Origin: an uncultured Gammaproteobacteria bacterium
GTDB lineage: Bacteria > Pseudomonadota > Gammaproteobacteria > Steroidobacterales > Foliamicaceae
NCBI GenBank assembly: GCA_964392625.1
Contig: CAYMQG010000080.1
Location: 13,335-77,334, forward strand
Length of the DNA: 64,000 bases
Direction: 5' to 3'
Positions 43,573 through 51,546 of this stretch are shown one piece after another (the first letter of the stretch is position 1; the number at the start of each line of letters is the position of its first letter). Below the pieces are notes generated by a model. It was not told where the DNA came from. It saw only the letters and a list, made by a program, of their open reading frames with translations, and did no database searches. The position numbers and the translations under genes were made by a program.

Positions 43573-46119
43573 CTATTGCGTGGAAGTGGGTTCTTCCTCG
43601 TCCCCCGCCAGAGTGCAGAACCCTGCGACGCGATCGCCCTTGTCGGGCCGCATCAGCCGCACGCCGTGCGAATAGCGTCCCTGTATGGAAACGTCGTCGA
43701 CCGCCGTGCGCAGCAATGTCCCGCCGGCGGTCATCAGCATGGCCTCGTCGCCTTCCCGAACCAGCGCGGCGCCGATCAGCTTGCCGTTGCGCCCTTCCGT
43801 TCGAATCGAAATCACGCCCTGCGCCGCCCTGCCCTTGCGCGGGAACTCGCTCACGACCGTCCGCTTGCCGAAACCCTTGGTGGTGGCCTGCAATACCCAG
43901 GCATCGTCGGCTTCGCCGTTCACGATCAGCGCCGCCACGACCCGGTGCTTCTTCTTGAGCCGCTGGCCGATCACGCCGGCCGCGATACGCCCCATCGGCC
44001 GCACGGTGGACTCGGAGAAGCGTGCGGCCCGCCCATTGCTGGCCAGCAGGATGACGTCGCTGTCGCCATCGGTGATCGCCGCCTCCACCAGGCGGTCCTT
44101 CTTCTTCAGGCTAAGCGCATAAATGCCGGTGCGGCGGATCTTCGCAAACGCGTCCAGTCGGGTCTTCTTCACCCGCCCCTTGCGCGTGGCCATGAACACG
44201 AAACGCCCATGGTCGAAGGAATCCACCGGCAGGACCGAATTGACCTGCTCGCCCTCCTCGAGTCCCGGCAGCAGGTTGGCGATCGGCAGCCCCCGCGTTG
44301 CACGGCTCTGCGTGGGTATCTCGAAGGGCCGGAGTTGGTACACCCGCGCCCGGTCGGTAAAGCACAGCAGCGTCGAGTGCGAATTCGTCACGAACAACTG
44401 GTCGATGAAGTCCTCCTGACCGACCGAGGCGCCGCGCTTGCCCCGCCCTCCCCGTCCCTGGGTCCGGAAGGTCTCCAGTTCCTGCGTCTTCACATAGCCG
44501 CGCCAGGACAGGGTGACGAGCACGTCGCGCCGCGGAATCAGGTCCTCGTCGGCAGTGCGCGTGTAGTCGGCGATGATTTCGGTGCGGCGTTCGTCGCCGT
44601 ACTCGCCGCGCAACTCGACCAGTTCATTGCGCACCACTTCAAGCAGCCGGTCCGGATCGCGCAGAATTGCCGTCAGCTCTTCCATCGTCTTCAACAGTTC
44701 GGCGTATTCCTCGAGGATCGCCTCCTGCTCAAGTCCTGTCAGGCGCTGCAGGCGCAACTCCAGTATCGCCCGCGCCTGGCGCTCGCTGAGGCGGTACCCC
44801 CTGTCGCTCAGGTTGGGAAGCTCCGTCAGCGCCGCCTGCGCCCTCTCGAGCATCCCGCGCACCGCGCCGGGCGCCCAGATTCTCGCAGTGAGCGCTTCGC
44901 GCGCCTCCTGTGCGTTGCGCGAAGCCCTGATCAGCGCCACGACCTCGTCGATGTTGGCCAGCGCCACCGTCAGGCCCTCCAGGACATGCGCCCGGGCCTT
45001 GGCCCGGCGCAGATCGTGGACGCTGCGCCGCGTGACCACGTCGCGCCGGTGGTCGAGAAAATGCTCCAGCATCTGCTTGAGGTTCAGCAACTGCGGGCGG
45101 CCTCCGCACAGCGCGACCATGTTGATGCCGAAGCTCGATTCCAGCGGCGTGCGGCGATACAGGTTGTTGAGGACGATCTCGGCGCTGACGTCGCGGCGCA
45201 ACTCCACCACCACGCGGGTGCCGTCCTTGTCGGACTCGTCCCGGACTTCCTGGATGCCGGCGATCTCCTTCTTGCGGGCCAGCAACGCGATCTTTTCAAC
45301 GCAGCGGGCCTTGTTCACGCGGTACGGAAGTTCCGTGATAACGATGGAATCCCGCGCCTGCCCCTCCTCGATCTCCGCCCGGGCCCTGAGCCGGATAGTC
45401 CCGCGGCCCGTACGGTAGGCCTCGGCCATGCCGGTTTCGCCCACGATCTGGGCCGCGGTCGGAAAGTCCGGTCCGGGCACGTGCTCCATCAGCCCGGCAA
45501 TGCCGATATCGGGCTCGCGGCTCAGGGCCAGCGCCGCATCGATGACTTCGCGCAGGTTGTGCGGGGGGATATTGGTGGCCATTCCCACGGCGATCCCGGA
45601 AGCGCCGTTGACCAGCAGGTTGGGAAGCCGGGCCGGCAGCACCGTCGGCTCCTGTTCCGCCCCGTCGTAGTTGTCGGCGAAGTCCACCGTATCGCGGTCG
45701 ATATCGACGAGCATCAGCGCGGCGATGGGCGCCATGCGAATCTCGGTATAGCGCATCGCCGCCGGCGCGTCGCCGTCCATGGAACCGAAGTTGCCCTGGC
45801 CGTCCACCAGCGGGTAGCGCAGCGAGAAATCCTGCGCCATGCGAACGATCGCGTCGTAAACGGCCGTATCGCCGTGCGGATGGAACCGGCCTATGACGTC
45901 GCCGACGATCCGGGCCGACTTCTTGTAGGGCCTGTCATGCAGGTTTCCCAGCTCCCGCATGGCGTGCAGGATGCGCCGATGAACGGGTTTCAGGCCGTCG
46001 CGAACATCGGGGAGGGCCCGGCCCACGATGACGGACATCGCATAGTCCAGATAGGACCGGCGCATCTCCTCTTCGAGCTTTACCGGTACGATTTCAGGGG
46101 CTGGCCCGGCCATGCACAA
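43573..46119 (-). CDS. gyrA: DNA gyrase subunit A
   Basis: [34 protein letters not shown], the QRDR segment [10 protein letters not shown], the active-site region AAMRYTE, and a C-terminal beta-pinwheel. The start may be 2 codons downstream. Confidence 0.97.
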   Translation of the reverse strand: MCMAGPAPEIVPVKLEEEMRRSYLDYAMSVIVGRALPDVRDGLKPVHRRILHAMRELGNLHDRPYKKSARIVGDVIGRFHPHGDTAVYDAIVRMAQDFSLRYPLVDGQGNFGSMDGDAPAAMRYTEIRMAPIAALMLVDIDRDTVDFADNYDGAEQEPTVLPARLPNLLVNGASGIAVGMATNIPPHNLREVIDAALALSREPDIGIAGLMEHVPGPDFPTAAQIVGETGMAEAYRTGRGTIRLRARAEIEEGQARDSIVITELPYRVNKARCVEKIALLARKKEIAGIQEVRDESDKDGTRVVVELRRDVSAEIVLNNLYRRTPLESSFGINMVALCGGRPQLLNLKQMLEHFLDHRRDVVTRRSVHDLRRAKARAHVLEGLTVALANIDEVVALIRASRNAQEAREALTARIWAPGAVRGMLERAQAALTELPNLSDRGYRLSERQARAILELRLQRLTGLEQEAILEEYAELLKTMEELTAILRDPDRLLEVVRNELVELRGEYGDERRTEIIADYTRTADEDLIPRRDVLVTLSWRGYVKTQELETFRTQGRGGRGKRGASVGQEDFIDQLFVTNSHSTLLCFTDRARVYQLRPFEIPTQSRATRGLPIANLLPGLEEGEQVNSVLPVDSFDHGRFVFMATRKGRVKKTRLDAFAKIRRTGIYALSLKKKDRLVEAAITDGDSDVILLASNGRAARFSESTVRPMGRIAAGVIGQRLKKKHRVVAALIVNGEADDAWVLQATTKGFGKRTVVSEFPRKGRAAQGVISIRTEGRNGKLIGAALVREGDEAMLMTAGGTLLRTAVDDVSIQGRYSHGVRLMRPDKGDRVAGFCTLAGDEEEPTSTQ

Positions 46120-46187
46120 AACGCGCCGCGACAGACGCGGCGCAGTACGGCTTCTACAGCGTCAATTCTACCATCAGGGGCATGCCC

Positions 46188-47336
46188 CTAATACGAGCGC
46201 GGCATGCCGAGGACGTGCTGTCCGATGTAGCTCAGGATCATGTTGGTGGACACGGGCGCGACCTGGTAGAGGCGCGTCTCGCGGAACTTGCGTTCCACGT
46301 CGTATTCCTCCGCGAATCCGAATCCGCCGAAGGTCTGCACGCAGGCCTCCGCCGCCTCCCAGGCGGCCTCGGAAGCCAGCAGCTTGGCCATGTTGGCCTC
46401 CTTGCCGGTGGACAGCCCCTGGTCGAATTTCTCCGCCGCGTCAGCGACCATGAGAGCGGCAGCTTCGACCGACGCATAGGCACGGGCAATCGGGAACTGC
46501 ACGCCCTGGTTGCGGCCGATCGGCCGGCCGAACACTTCCCGCTCGCCGGCATAGGCCGCGGCCCTGTCGATGAACCAGCGTCCGTCGCCGATGCATTCGC
46601 CGGCGATCAGCGTGCGCTCGGCATTCATACCGTCCAGAATGTAGCGGAAGCCCTGCCCCGCCTTGCCGATCAGGTTCTCGGCCGGCACCCGCACGTCGTC
46701 CATGAAAACCTGCGTCGTGGCGTGATTCATCATGGTGCGGATCGGGGTGATGCTCAGGCCCGGCGCCTCGCGCATGTCAACTATCAGGACGGACAGGCCT
46801 TCGGTCCGCCGCTCGACCTCCTCGCGCGGGGTGGTCCGGGCCAGCAGGATCATCAGGTCGGAGTGCTCCGCCCGCGATGTCCAGATCTTCTGGCCGTTGA
46901 CCACGTACTCGCCATTCTCCAGCCGGGCGGTCGTGCGCAATGCCAGCGTGTCGGTGCCGCTGCCCGGTTCGGTGACGCCGAAAGCCTGCAGGCGCAGATC
47001 GCCCGAGGCGATGCCCGGGAGCCAGCGCTGCTTCTGTTCGCTGCTGCCGTGACGAAGCACCGTGCCCATCGTATACATCTGCGCGTGGCAGGCGCCGGCG
47101 TTGCAGCCGGACCGGTGAATCTCCTCCAGTATCGCGGTGGCCGCCACCAGGCCCAGGCCGCTGCCGCCGTACTCCTCCGGGATCAGAGCGCCCAGAAAGC
47201 CGCTGTCCGTCATGGCCCGCGTGAATTCCGTGGGATAGGCCCGCTCGCGGTCCAGTTCGCGCCAGTATTCCCCCGGAAAATCGGCGCACACCGCCTGCAC
47301 CGCCTCCCGAATTTCCGTGAGTTGTTCCTTATCCAT
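46188..47336 (-). CDS. Acyl-CoA dehydrogenase family protein
   Basis: 382 aa with the ACAD fold (N-terminal helical, middle beta GSGTD, C-terminal helical). The C-terminus ...RLYQVAPVSTNMILSYIGQHVLGMPRSY has Gln where MCAD-type enzymes have the YEG catalytic Glu. Confidence 0.85.
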   Translation of the reverse strand: MDKEQLTEIREAVQAVCADFPGEYWRELDRERAYPTEFTRAMTDSGFLGALIPEEYGGSGLGLVAATAILEEIHRSGCNAGACHAQMYTMGTVLRHGSSEQKQRWLPGIASGDLRLQAFGVTEPGSGTDTLALRTTARLENGEYVVNGQKIWTSRAEHSDLMILLARTTPREEVERRTEGLSVLIVDMREAPGLSITPIRTMMNHATTQVFMDDVRVPAENLIGKAGQGFRYILDGMNAERTLIAGECIGDGRWFIDRAAAYAGEREVFGRPIGRNQGVQFPIARAYASVEAAALMVADAAEKFDQGLSTGKEANMAKLLASEAAWEAAEACVQTFGGFGFAEEYDVERKFRETRLYQVAPVSTNMILSYIGQHVLGMPRSY

Positions 47337-47357
47337 GAGCTTCGATACCGGTGGAGT

Positions 47358-48161
47358 TCAAAGAATTGCGCGGGAAGCCCCGCCGTCGGCCGTAATCGAA
47401 CGCCCGGTGACATGCGGGGCGGCATCGCTCGCCAGAAACGCAACCAACCGGGCGATTTCGCCGGTTGTTCCCAACCTCTGCTGGGGAATCGCATTGAGAA
47501 AACTCTGTTCCTCCTCCTCGGGCGTCTTGCCGCTGCGCGCCGCAAACGACTCCATCATGCCTTCCCAGCGGCCCGTCCTCGTGGGACCGGGATTGACGGC
47601 GTTGATGACTACGCCGTGTTCGGCCACTTCGCGCGCCAGTCCGGCGGTGACCGCGAGCAAGCCGGCATTCGCCGCGGCGCCCGGCAACATCCGCGGGTCC
47701 GGTTCGCGCCCCGAATTGCCCACCAGCGTCACGATCCGCCCATAGCGCCGCTCGACCATGCCGGGCAGGACCGCCCGGATCATCCGGATGGTGGCCATGA
47801 ACTTGAGCGCCATGCTTTGTTCCCAGACCGAATCCGGTATTTCCCAGAACAGGCCGCCGGCCGACGCTCCGGCGCAATTGACCAGAACGTCCACCCTGCC
47901 GAAGGCCTTTTCGGCGGAAGCCGCGACCGTACCGGCCGCCTCGGGGGAAGTCAGGTCCGCCGCCAGCCAGCGTGCGCTGTCGCAACCGGCCTTCCCCAGT
48001 TCCGTCGCCAGTTCCTCAAGATCGCTTTCCGTGCGGGCACAGAGAAACAGCGTCGCGCCCTCGCGAGCCAACTCAAGCGCGCAGGCCGCGCCAAGACCGC
48101 CGGTGGCCCCGGTAATCAGCGCAACCTTTTCGTTCAACTGCAAGTCCATACCGCCGCGCAT
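47358..48161 (-). CDS. Short-chain dehydrogenase/reductase-fold protein lacking the canonical Tyr/Lys
   Basis: Rossmann motif TGATGGLG and NCAG are present. An ungapped comparison with FabG places G-AAA-N where Y-xxx-K is expected (see findings). Confidence 0.8.
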   Translation of the reverse strand: MRGGMDLQLNEKVALITGATGGLGAACALELAREGATLFLCARTESDLEELATELGKAGCDSARWLAADLTSPEAAGTVAASAEKAFGRVDVLVNCAGASAGGLFWEIPDSVWEQSMALKFMATIRMIRAVLPGMVERRYGRIVTLVGNSGREPDPRMLPGAAANAGLLAVTAGLAREVAEHGVVINAVNPGPTRTGRWEGMMESFAARSGKTPEEEEQSFLNAIPQQRLGTTGEIARLVAFLASDAAPHVTGRSITADGGASRAIL

Positions 48162-48225
48162 TATCCCGCAGTTTTCGCTACTGCGGTCCAGCGTGGAACA
48201 GCTTGCGATGTTCGCTGGCGAGGAT

Positions 48226-49323
48226 TCAGGGCCAGTCGCGCGAAACGCTGACGAAGGACCCCCTGGACTGCGAGGCCATCAGCCAGTAGTAGCCGGTGGC
48301 GGCCGGATCCCCGTCCATCGGGTAGAACAGCACATTGACCGGAATCCCCGAGGGCAGATCGCGCACCGCGCGGGTAAAGAACCGTTCGCGCGCCCGCGTA
48401 TCCACCCATCCGACGCGCGAGGGAGGGCTGGCGCCCTGCGTCGGCAGTCCGTCGGTCAGCAGGTACACGTTGTCCGGCAACGGCTGCATCGCGCGTATCG
48501 CGCGCATCGCCGCATGCAGGCTGGTACCGCCCCTCGGCGCGAACTCGCGCAAGGCCTCGATCGCTTCGGTCACCCGCGCACCGTCGGCGACGCTGAGCCA
48601 CTCCCCGTCCGTGCCCTCAAGAATGCTCCTGTGTTCCACCCCGAAGATATAGACCTGAAAACGCTGCTGCGGCTCCAGGCGCGTGGTGATCCAGTCGACC
48701 GAATTCACGACCTGGACCCACTTCGGGGCGCGGGGTTTGAGTTCCTCTTCCATCAGGCGAAAGCGCAACACGTCGATATAGGTGCGCCCCAGCATGCTTG
48801 CGGACGCATCCACGAGGATCATTACCCGGTCGCCGCCCATCTGCATGCCGGTCAGGTATTGCCGCGCGCCCTCGCCCTCGAAACCGCGCACGCGCTGCCC
48901 CGCTCCTTCCTCCGCCTCGGCGACCCGCGCCTCAAGTTCCTGCTGCATTTCCCTGAGCCGGTCCACGTCGGCCCGCAGCTTCTCTACCGACTCCTGGCTC
49001 TGCGTCCCCAGGCGCTCGTATTCCGCCAGTTCGGCCAGCAACGCGGCAAGCCGTTCGCGCAGCTTTCTCAGCTCCTCGATGGCCGTTGCGCGGCGCTCGT
49101 CGAGCGTATCGCGCTCACCCCGCAACTGCAGCAGGTCCTTTCGCCCCTCCAGGACCTCCTCTTCGAGGCGCGTGGACTCGCTGAGCAGATCGATACGCTC
49201 GGCGTCCGCCCGCAAGCGCACCTGGGCGTTGATGATCACGAAGAACAGCACGACCGCGCCGAAGCCGCAGGAAATGATGTCCAGAAACGACATGCTGAAT
49301 ACGTGAAAGCGCCTACGAGCCAT
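48226..49323 (-). CDS. ExbD/TolR/MotB-like TM(Asp) - coiled coil - von Willebrand factor A (vWA) protein
   Basis: The N-terminus MARRRFHVFSMSFLDIISCGFGAVVLFFVI has a basic cytoplasmic tip and an Asp at the start of the single TM, as in ExbD, TolR and MotB. About 110-120 aa of heptad-rich charged helix follow. The vWA domain has an intact MIDAS (VMILVDASAS ... GGTSL ... VYLLTDG). The start overlaps the upstream gene by 11 nt. Confidence 0.75.
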   Translation of the reverse strand: MARRRFHVFSMSFLDIISCGFGAVVLFFVIINAQVRLRADAERIDLLSESTRLEEEVLEGRKDLLQLRGERDTLDERRATAIEELRKLRERLAALLAELAEYERLGTQSQESVEKLRADVDRLREMQQELEARVAEAEEGAGQRVRGFEGEGARQYLTGMQMGGDRVMILVDASASMLGRTYIDVLRFRLMEEELKPRAPKWVQVVNSVDWITTRLEPQQRFQVYIFGVEHRSILEGTDGEWLSVADGARVTEAIEALREFAPRGGTSLHAAMRAIRAMQPLPDNVYLLTDGLPTQGASPPSRVGWVDTRARERFFTRAVRDLPSGIPVNVLFYPMDGDPAATGYYWLMASQSRGSFVSVSRDWP

Positions 49324-50725
49324 CGCCGCCCACCTCGCGCGTGATCAGGAACTCCAGCGGCCCCACGCCCACCACGTCCCCCCCGCGCAATGGCGCCGAA
49401 TCCGCCACCGGCGCGCCATTCAGGTTGGTTCCGTAACGGCTGTGGTCATGCAAAACCGCCTGTCCATTCTCCAGCACCACGGTGCAGTGGTGTCGTGAAA
49501 TTCCACCTTCCGGCGAGAGCACGATCGACAGGCCCCCGGACTGCGGAGACGAGCCGAGATGCAGGCCTTCAGCGCCTATCCGCCAGGCCCGGCCGCCGAA
49601 CACGACGTGCGTCGGCGTCCGTTCTCCCCCTTCCCCGTCGCCGCCGGCAGGCGGCGCAACTCCATCCGGCCGGGAAATTCGCCCCGTGTCCGGCCCGCCG
49701 GGCAAGTCGAGGGCCGGCAAGGACGTAAGCAGCACATAGCGATCCCTCGCTCCCGACGCAGGACCGAAACGCTCCAGCGCGCCCAGCGCCGCGGCGCCCG
49801 CCGGCAGGACCTGGACCTCGGCGGCGAGCAGGCGAGCGAACACGTCGGCGCAGCCGGGAACCTCGGCGAGGACCCCCGACAGGTATATGTCCGCTGCCTC
49901 GGGGCCCGTGCACCACGATCGCATGCGATTCCCCGCCCCCCCCAACAGCCGCTCGACCGAGACAAGAAAGTCATCGCGGCTCAGGATCGCAGTGGCGGTT
50001 ACGGGCGCCGCTTCAAGTTGGGCCCTGAGCTCGCCGCCGGTCAGGACAGCCTGAAGCCATGAGTCCAATCGGTCGGCCAGTTCCTGTTCGGTGGCGGGCA
50101 GATCCAATGGATCAAAACGGGAACCCGCCACGAACCGGCCGGCAACGTAGCCGGTCATGGCCGCTCGGAGGTGACGCAGTCCCGGGCGGCCGTCGTACAG
50201 AATCTCCTCGCGCCGGATTCGGCCGTCGCGCGGCATGAGCCGGGAAACCGCCAAACGCTCGGGGGTAGCTTCAATGTGCAGGCAGGCGCGGCCCGCCGCC
50301 GCGCCCCGCACCGCGGCCACCCCGCTTTCGACCAGCCCGGCCACCGGCAGCCCGGCTTCCTCGGCGATGCCCAGCAGCAGTGCAAGGCGGTCTTCCGCAA
50401 CGCCCGGCGGAATGACCAGCACCACACCGCTTATGTCTCCCACGGATTGCCGAAAGCGCTCCCACAGCCCCTGCATTTGCCCGTGGGCCAGGTCGGCATA
50501 GCTGCGATATCCCCGCGCCGGCCTGGGCAGGGGCTCATCCGACAGCATTTCCCAGTAATTGCGGTAACTGCGCGCGGGGTCGCGCCGCGCCTCTTCGGCC
50601 GCTTCCCGTCCGAACGCCACCCGGCGCTTTTGCACCAGCGCCACGCCCGGCTCGTTGAACAGCACTCCGGCGGCGGTAGCGCCTACCAGCGCCGCTCCAT
50701 TGACTTCCAGCGCGACCAGCGCCAT
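49313..50725 (-). CDS. Hsp70/actin-fold (degenerate ATPase motifs) protein with C-terminal FHA domain
   Basis: The N-terminal roughly 340 aa align by eye to the DnaK NBD (VVLVIPPGVAEDRLALLLGIAEEAGLPVAGLVESGVAAV vs [37 protein letters not shown]), but the phosphate-1/2 motifs are lost. The C-terminal FHA reads GGISRHHCTVVLENGQAVLHDHSRYGTNLNGAPV...GDVVGVG. No signal peptide. Confidence 0.7.
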   Translation of the reverse strand: MALVALEVNGAALVGATAAGVLFNEPGVALVQKRRVAFGREAAEEARRDPARSYRNYWEMLSDEPLPRPARGYRSYADLAHGQMQGLWERFRQSVGDISGVVLVIPPGVAEDRLALLLGIAEEAGLPVAGLVESGVAAVRGAAAGRACLHIEATPERLAVSRLMPRDGRIRREEILYDGRPGLRHLRAAMTGYVAGRFVAGSRFDPLDLPATEQELADRLDSWLQAVLTGGELRAQLEAAPVTATAILSRDDFLVSVERLLGGAGNRMRSWCTGPEAADIYLSGVLAEVPGCADVFARLLAAEVQVLPAGAAALGALERFGPASGARDRYVLLTSLPALDLPGGPDTGRISRPDGVAPPAGGDGEGGERTPTHVVFGGRAWRIGAEGLHLGSSPQSGGLSIVLSPEGGISRHHCTVVLENGQAVLHDHSRYGTNLNGAPVADSAPLRGGDVVGVGPLEFLITREVGGDGS

Positions 50726-50741
50726 GCCGGCTCGCCGCGGC

Positions 50742-51539
50742 TCAGTCGCCCTGCAGGCGGCGGATCAGCCGTTCGTCGCAGTAATCCGAGGTCTCGAAGA
50801 CCAGTCGCTCCTGCAACAACTGAAGCTGGTGGACCAGGAACATGATGAAAATGCTGACCAGCAGGGCAAAGAAGGTGGAATTGAAGGCCACGCCGAGGCT
50901 CTCGGTAACGCCGCTGATGTCGCCTTCCACGGCCCGATAGGCAAGCGTCAGCGCCTGGCCGATCCCGCGCACGGTGCCGATAAAGCCGATCGAGGGGATC
51001 GCCCAGGCGATGTATCGGATCATCGACAGTTCGGATTCCAGTCGCTCGGCTTCGGCGTTGACCAGCGTCTGTGTAGCCGAAGAGACGTCCTGCACATTGC
51101 CCGTGGCGCCGAAGCGCTGCAGCGCGCTGAGCAATACGCGCGGCAACAGCAGGCGTTGCTGCGATTCGGGCAGCGCACGCAATTGGCGCGCGTGCTCGCG
51201 CGTGTCCTCGGGCAGTATGCGCACGCCTTCCGCCAACGGCAGCAGATCGCGCTGCAGCAGCGAGCGCTCGCGCAGCGCCCCACGCGCCTTGTAGCCCATG
51301 ATCGCCAGCGCCCAGAGCGCCAGGATCAGGCAGGCCTCCTGCTCGAAGTCGCGCACGATCACGTACAGCGAGCGTTCGGGCACGTACTCGGCGTCCTGTT
51401 CCAGCAGTATCCGCTGCTCTTCCATGACCGCGTTGGCCTGCGGTCGGATCCAGGCCACGTACATCGCATGCACCAGGATCACCGACAGGAACAGCGAAAA
51501 AAGCTGAAAAACGAATTCGACCGGTAACTGTCTTCTCAT
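50742..51539 (-). CDS. MotA/TolQ/ExbB proton-channel family protein
   Basis: 265 aa. Two N-terminal TMs, a cytoplasmic insert, then the family core IRYIAWAIPSIGFIGTVRGIGQAL ... GVAFNSTFFALLVSIFIMFLVHQL (conserved Pro-x-x-G-x-x-GT and the last TM). Confidence 0.8.
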   Translation of the reverse strand: MRRQLPVEFVFQLFSLFLSVILVHAMYVAWIRPQANAVMEEQRILLEQDAEYVPERSLYVIVRDFEQEACLILALWALAIMGYKARGALRERSLLQRDLLPLAEGVRILPEDTREHARQLRALPESQQRLLLPRVLLSALQRFGATGNVQDVSSATQTLVNAEAERLESELSMIRYIAWAIPSIGFIGTVRGIGQALTLAYRAVEGDISGVTESLGVAFNSTFFALLVSIFIMFLVHQLQLLQERLVFETSDYCDERLIRRLQGD

Positions 51540-51546
51540 CGATTGC

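Noticed and set aside
46123-46188. The hairpin GCGCCGCG-acaga-CGCGGCGC (46123-46143) and the palindrome GGGGCATGCCCC (46177-46188), considered as a terminator after the acyl-CoA dehydrogenase gene.
   Set aside because: The stem is good and is followed on the minus strand by GTTTTGTG. However, it ends only 3 or so nt before the gyrA start codon, leaving no room for a gyrA ribosome-binding site or promoter. It may be an attenuator or REP-like element, and I cannot decide from sequence.
43576-46191. An 871-aa ORF on the plus strand, antisense to gyrA. Similar long shadow ORFs occur at 3907..5475, 5454..6659, 24418..26394, 37418..39037, 40954..42519, 46182..48251, 47758..49344, 57237..58805 and 61118..62764.
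   Set aside because: These are typical GC-rich antisense open frames. Their translations are Arg/Ala/Gly/Pro-rich low-complexity sequences without motifs, while the opposite strand encodes unmistakable conserved proteins.
48226-51539. Interpretation as a Zorya, Tol-Pal, TonB-ExbBD or flagellar stator locus.
   Set aside because: - No ZorC/ZorD-like genes, and no long ZorA tail.
- No TolA, TolB or Pal.
- No TonB.
- No OmpA-like PG-binding domain on the B-subunit, and no flagellar genes nearby.
It is kept as an unclassified MotA/ExbB-ExbD-like unit instead.
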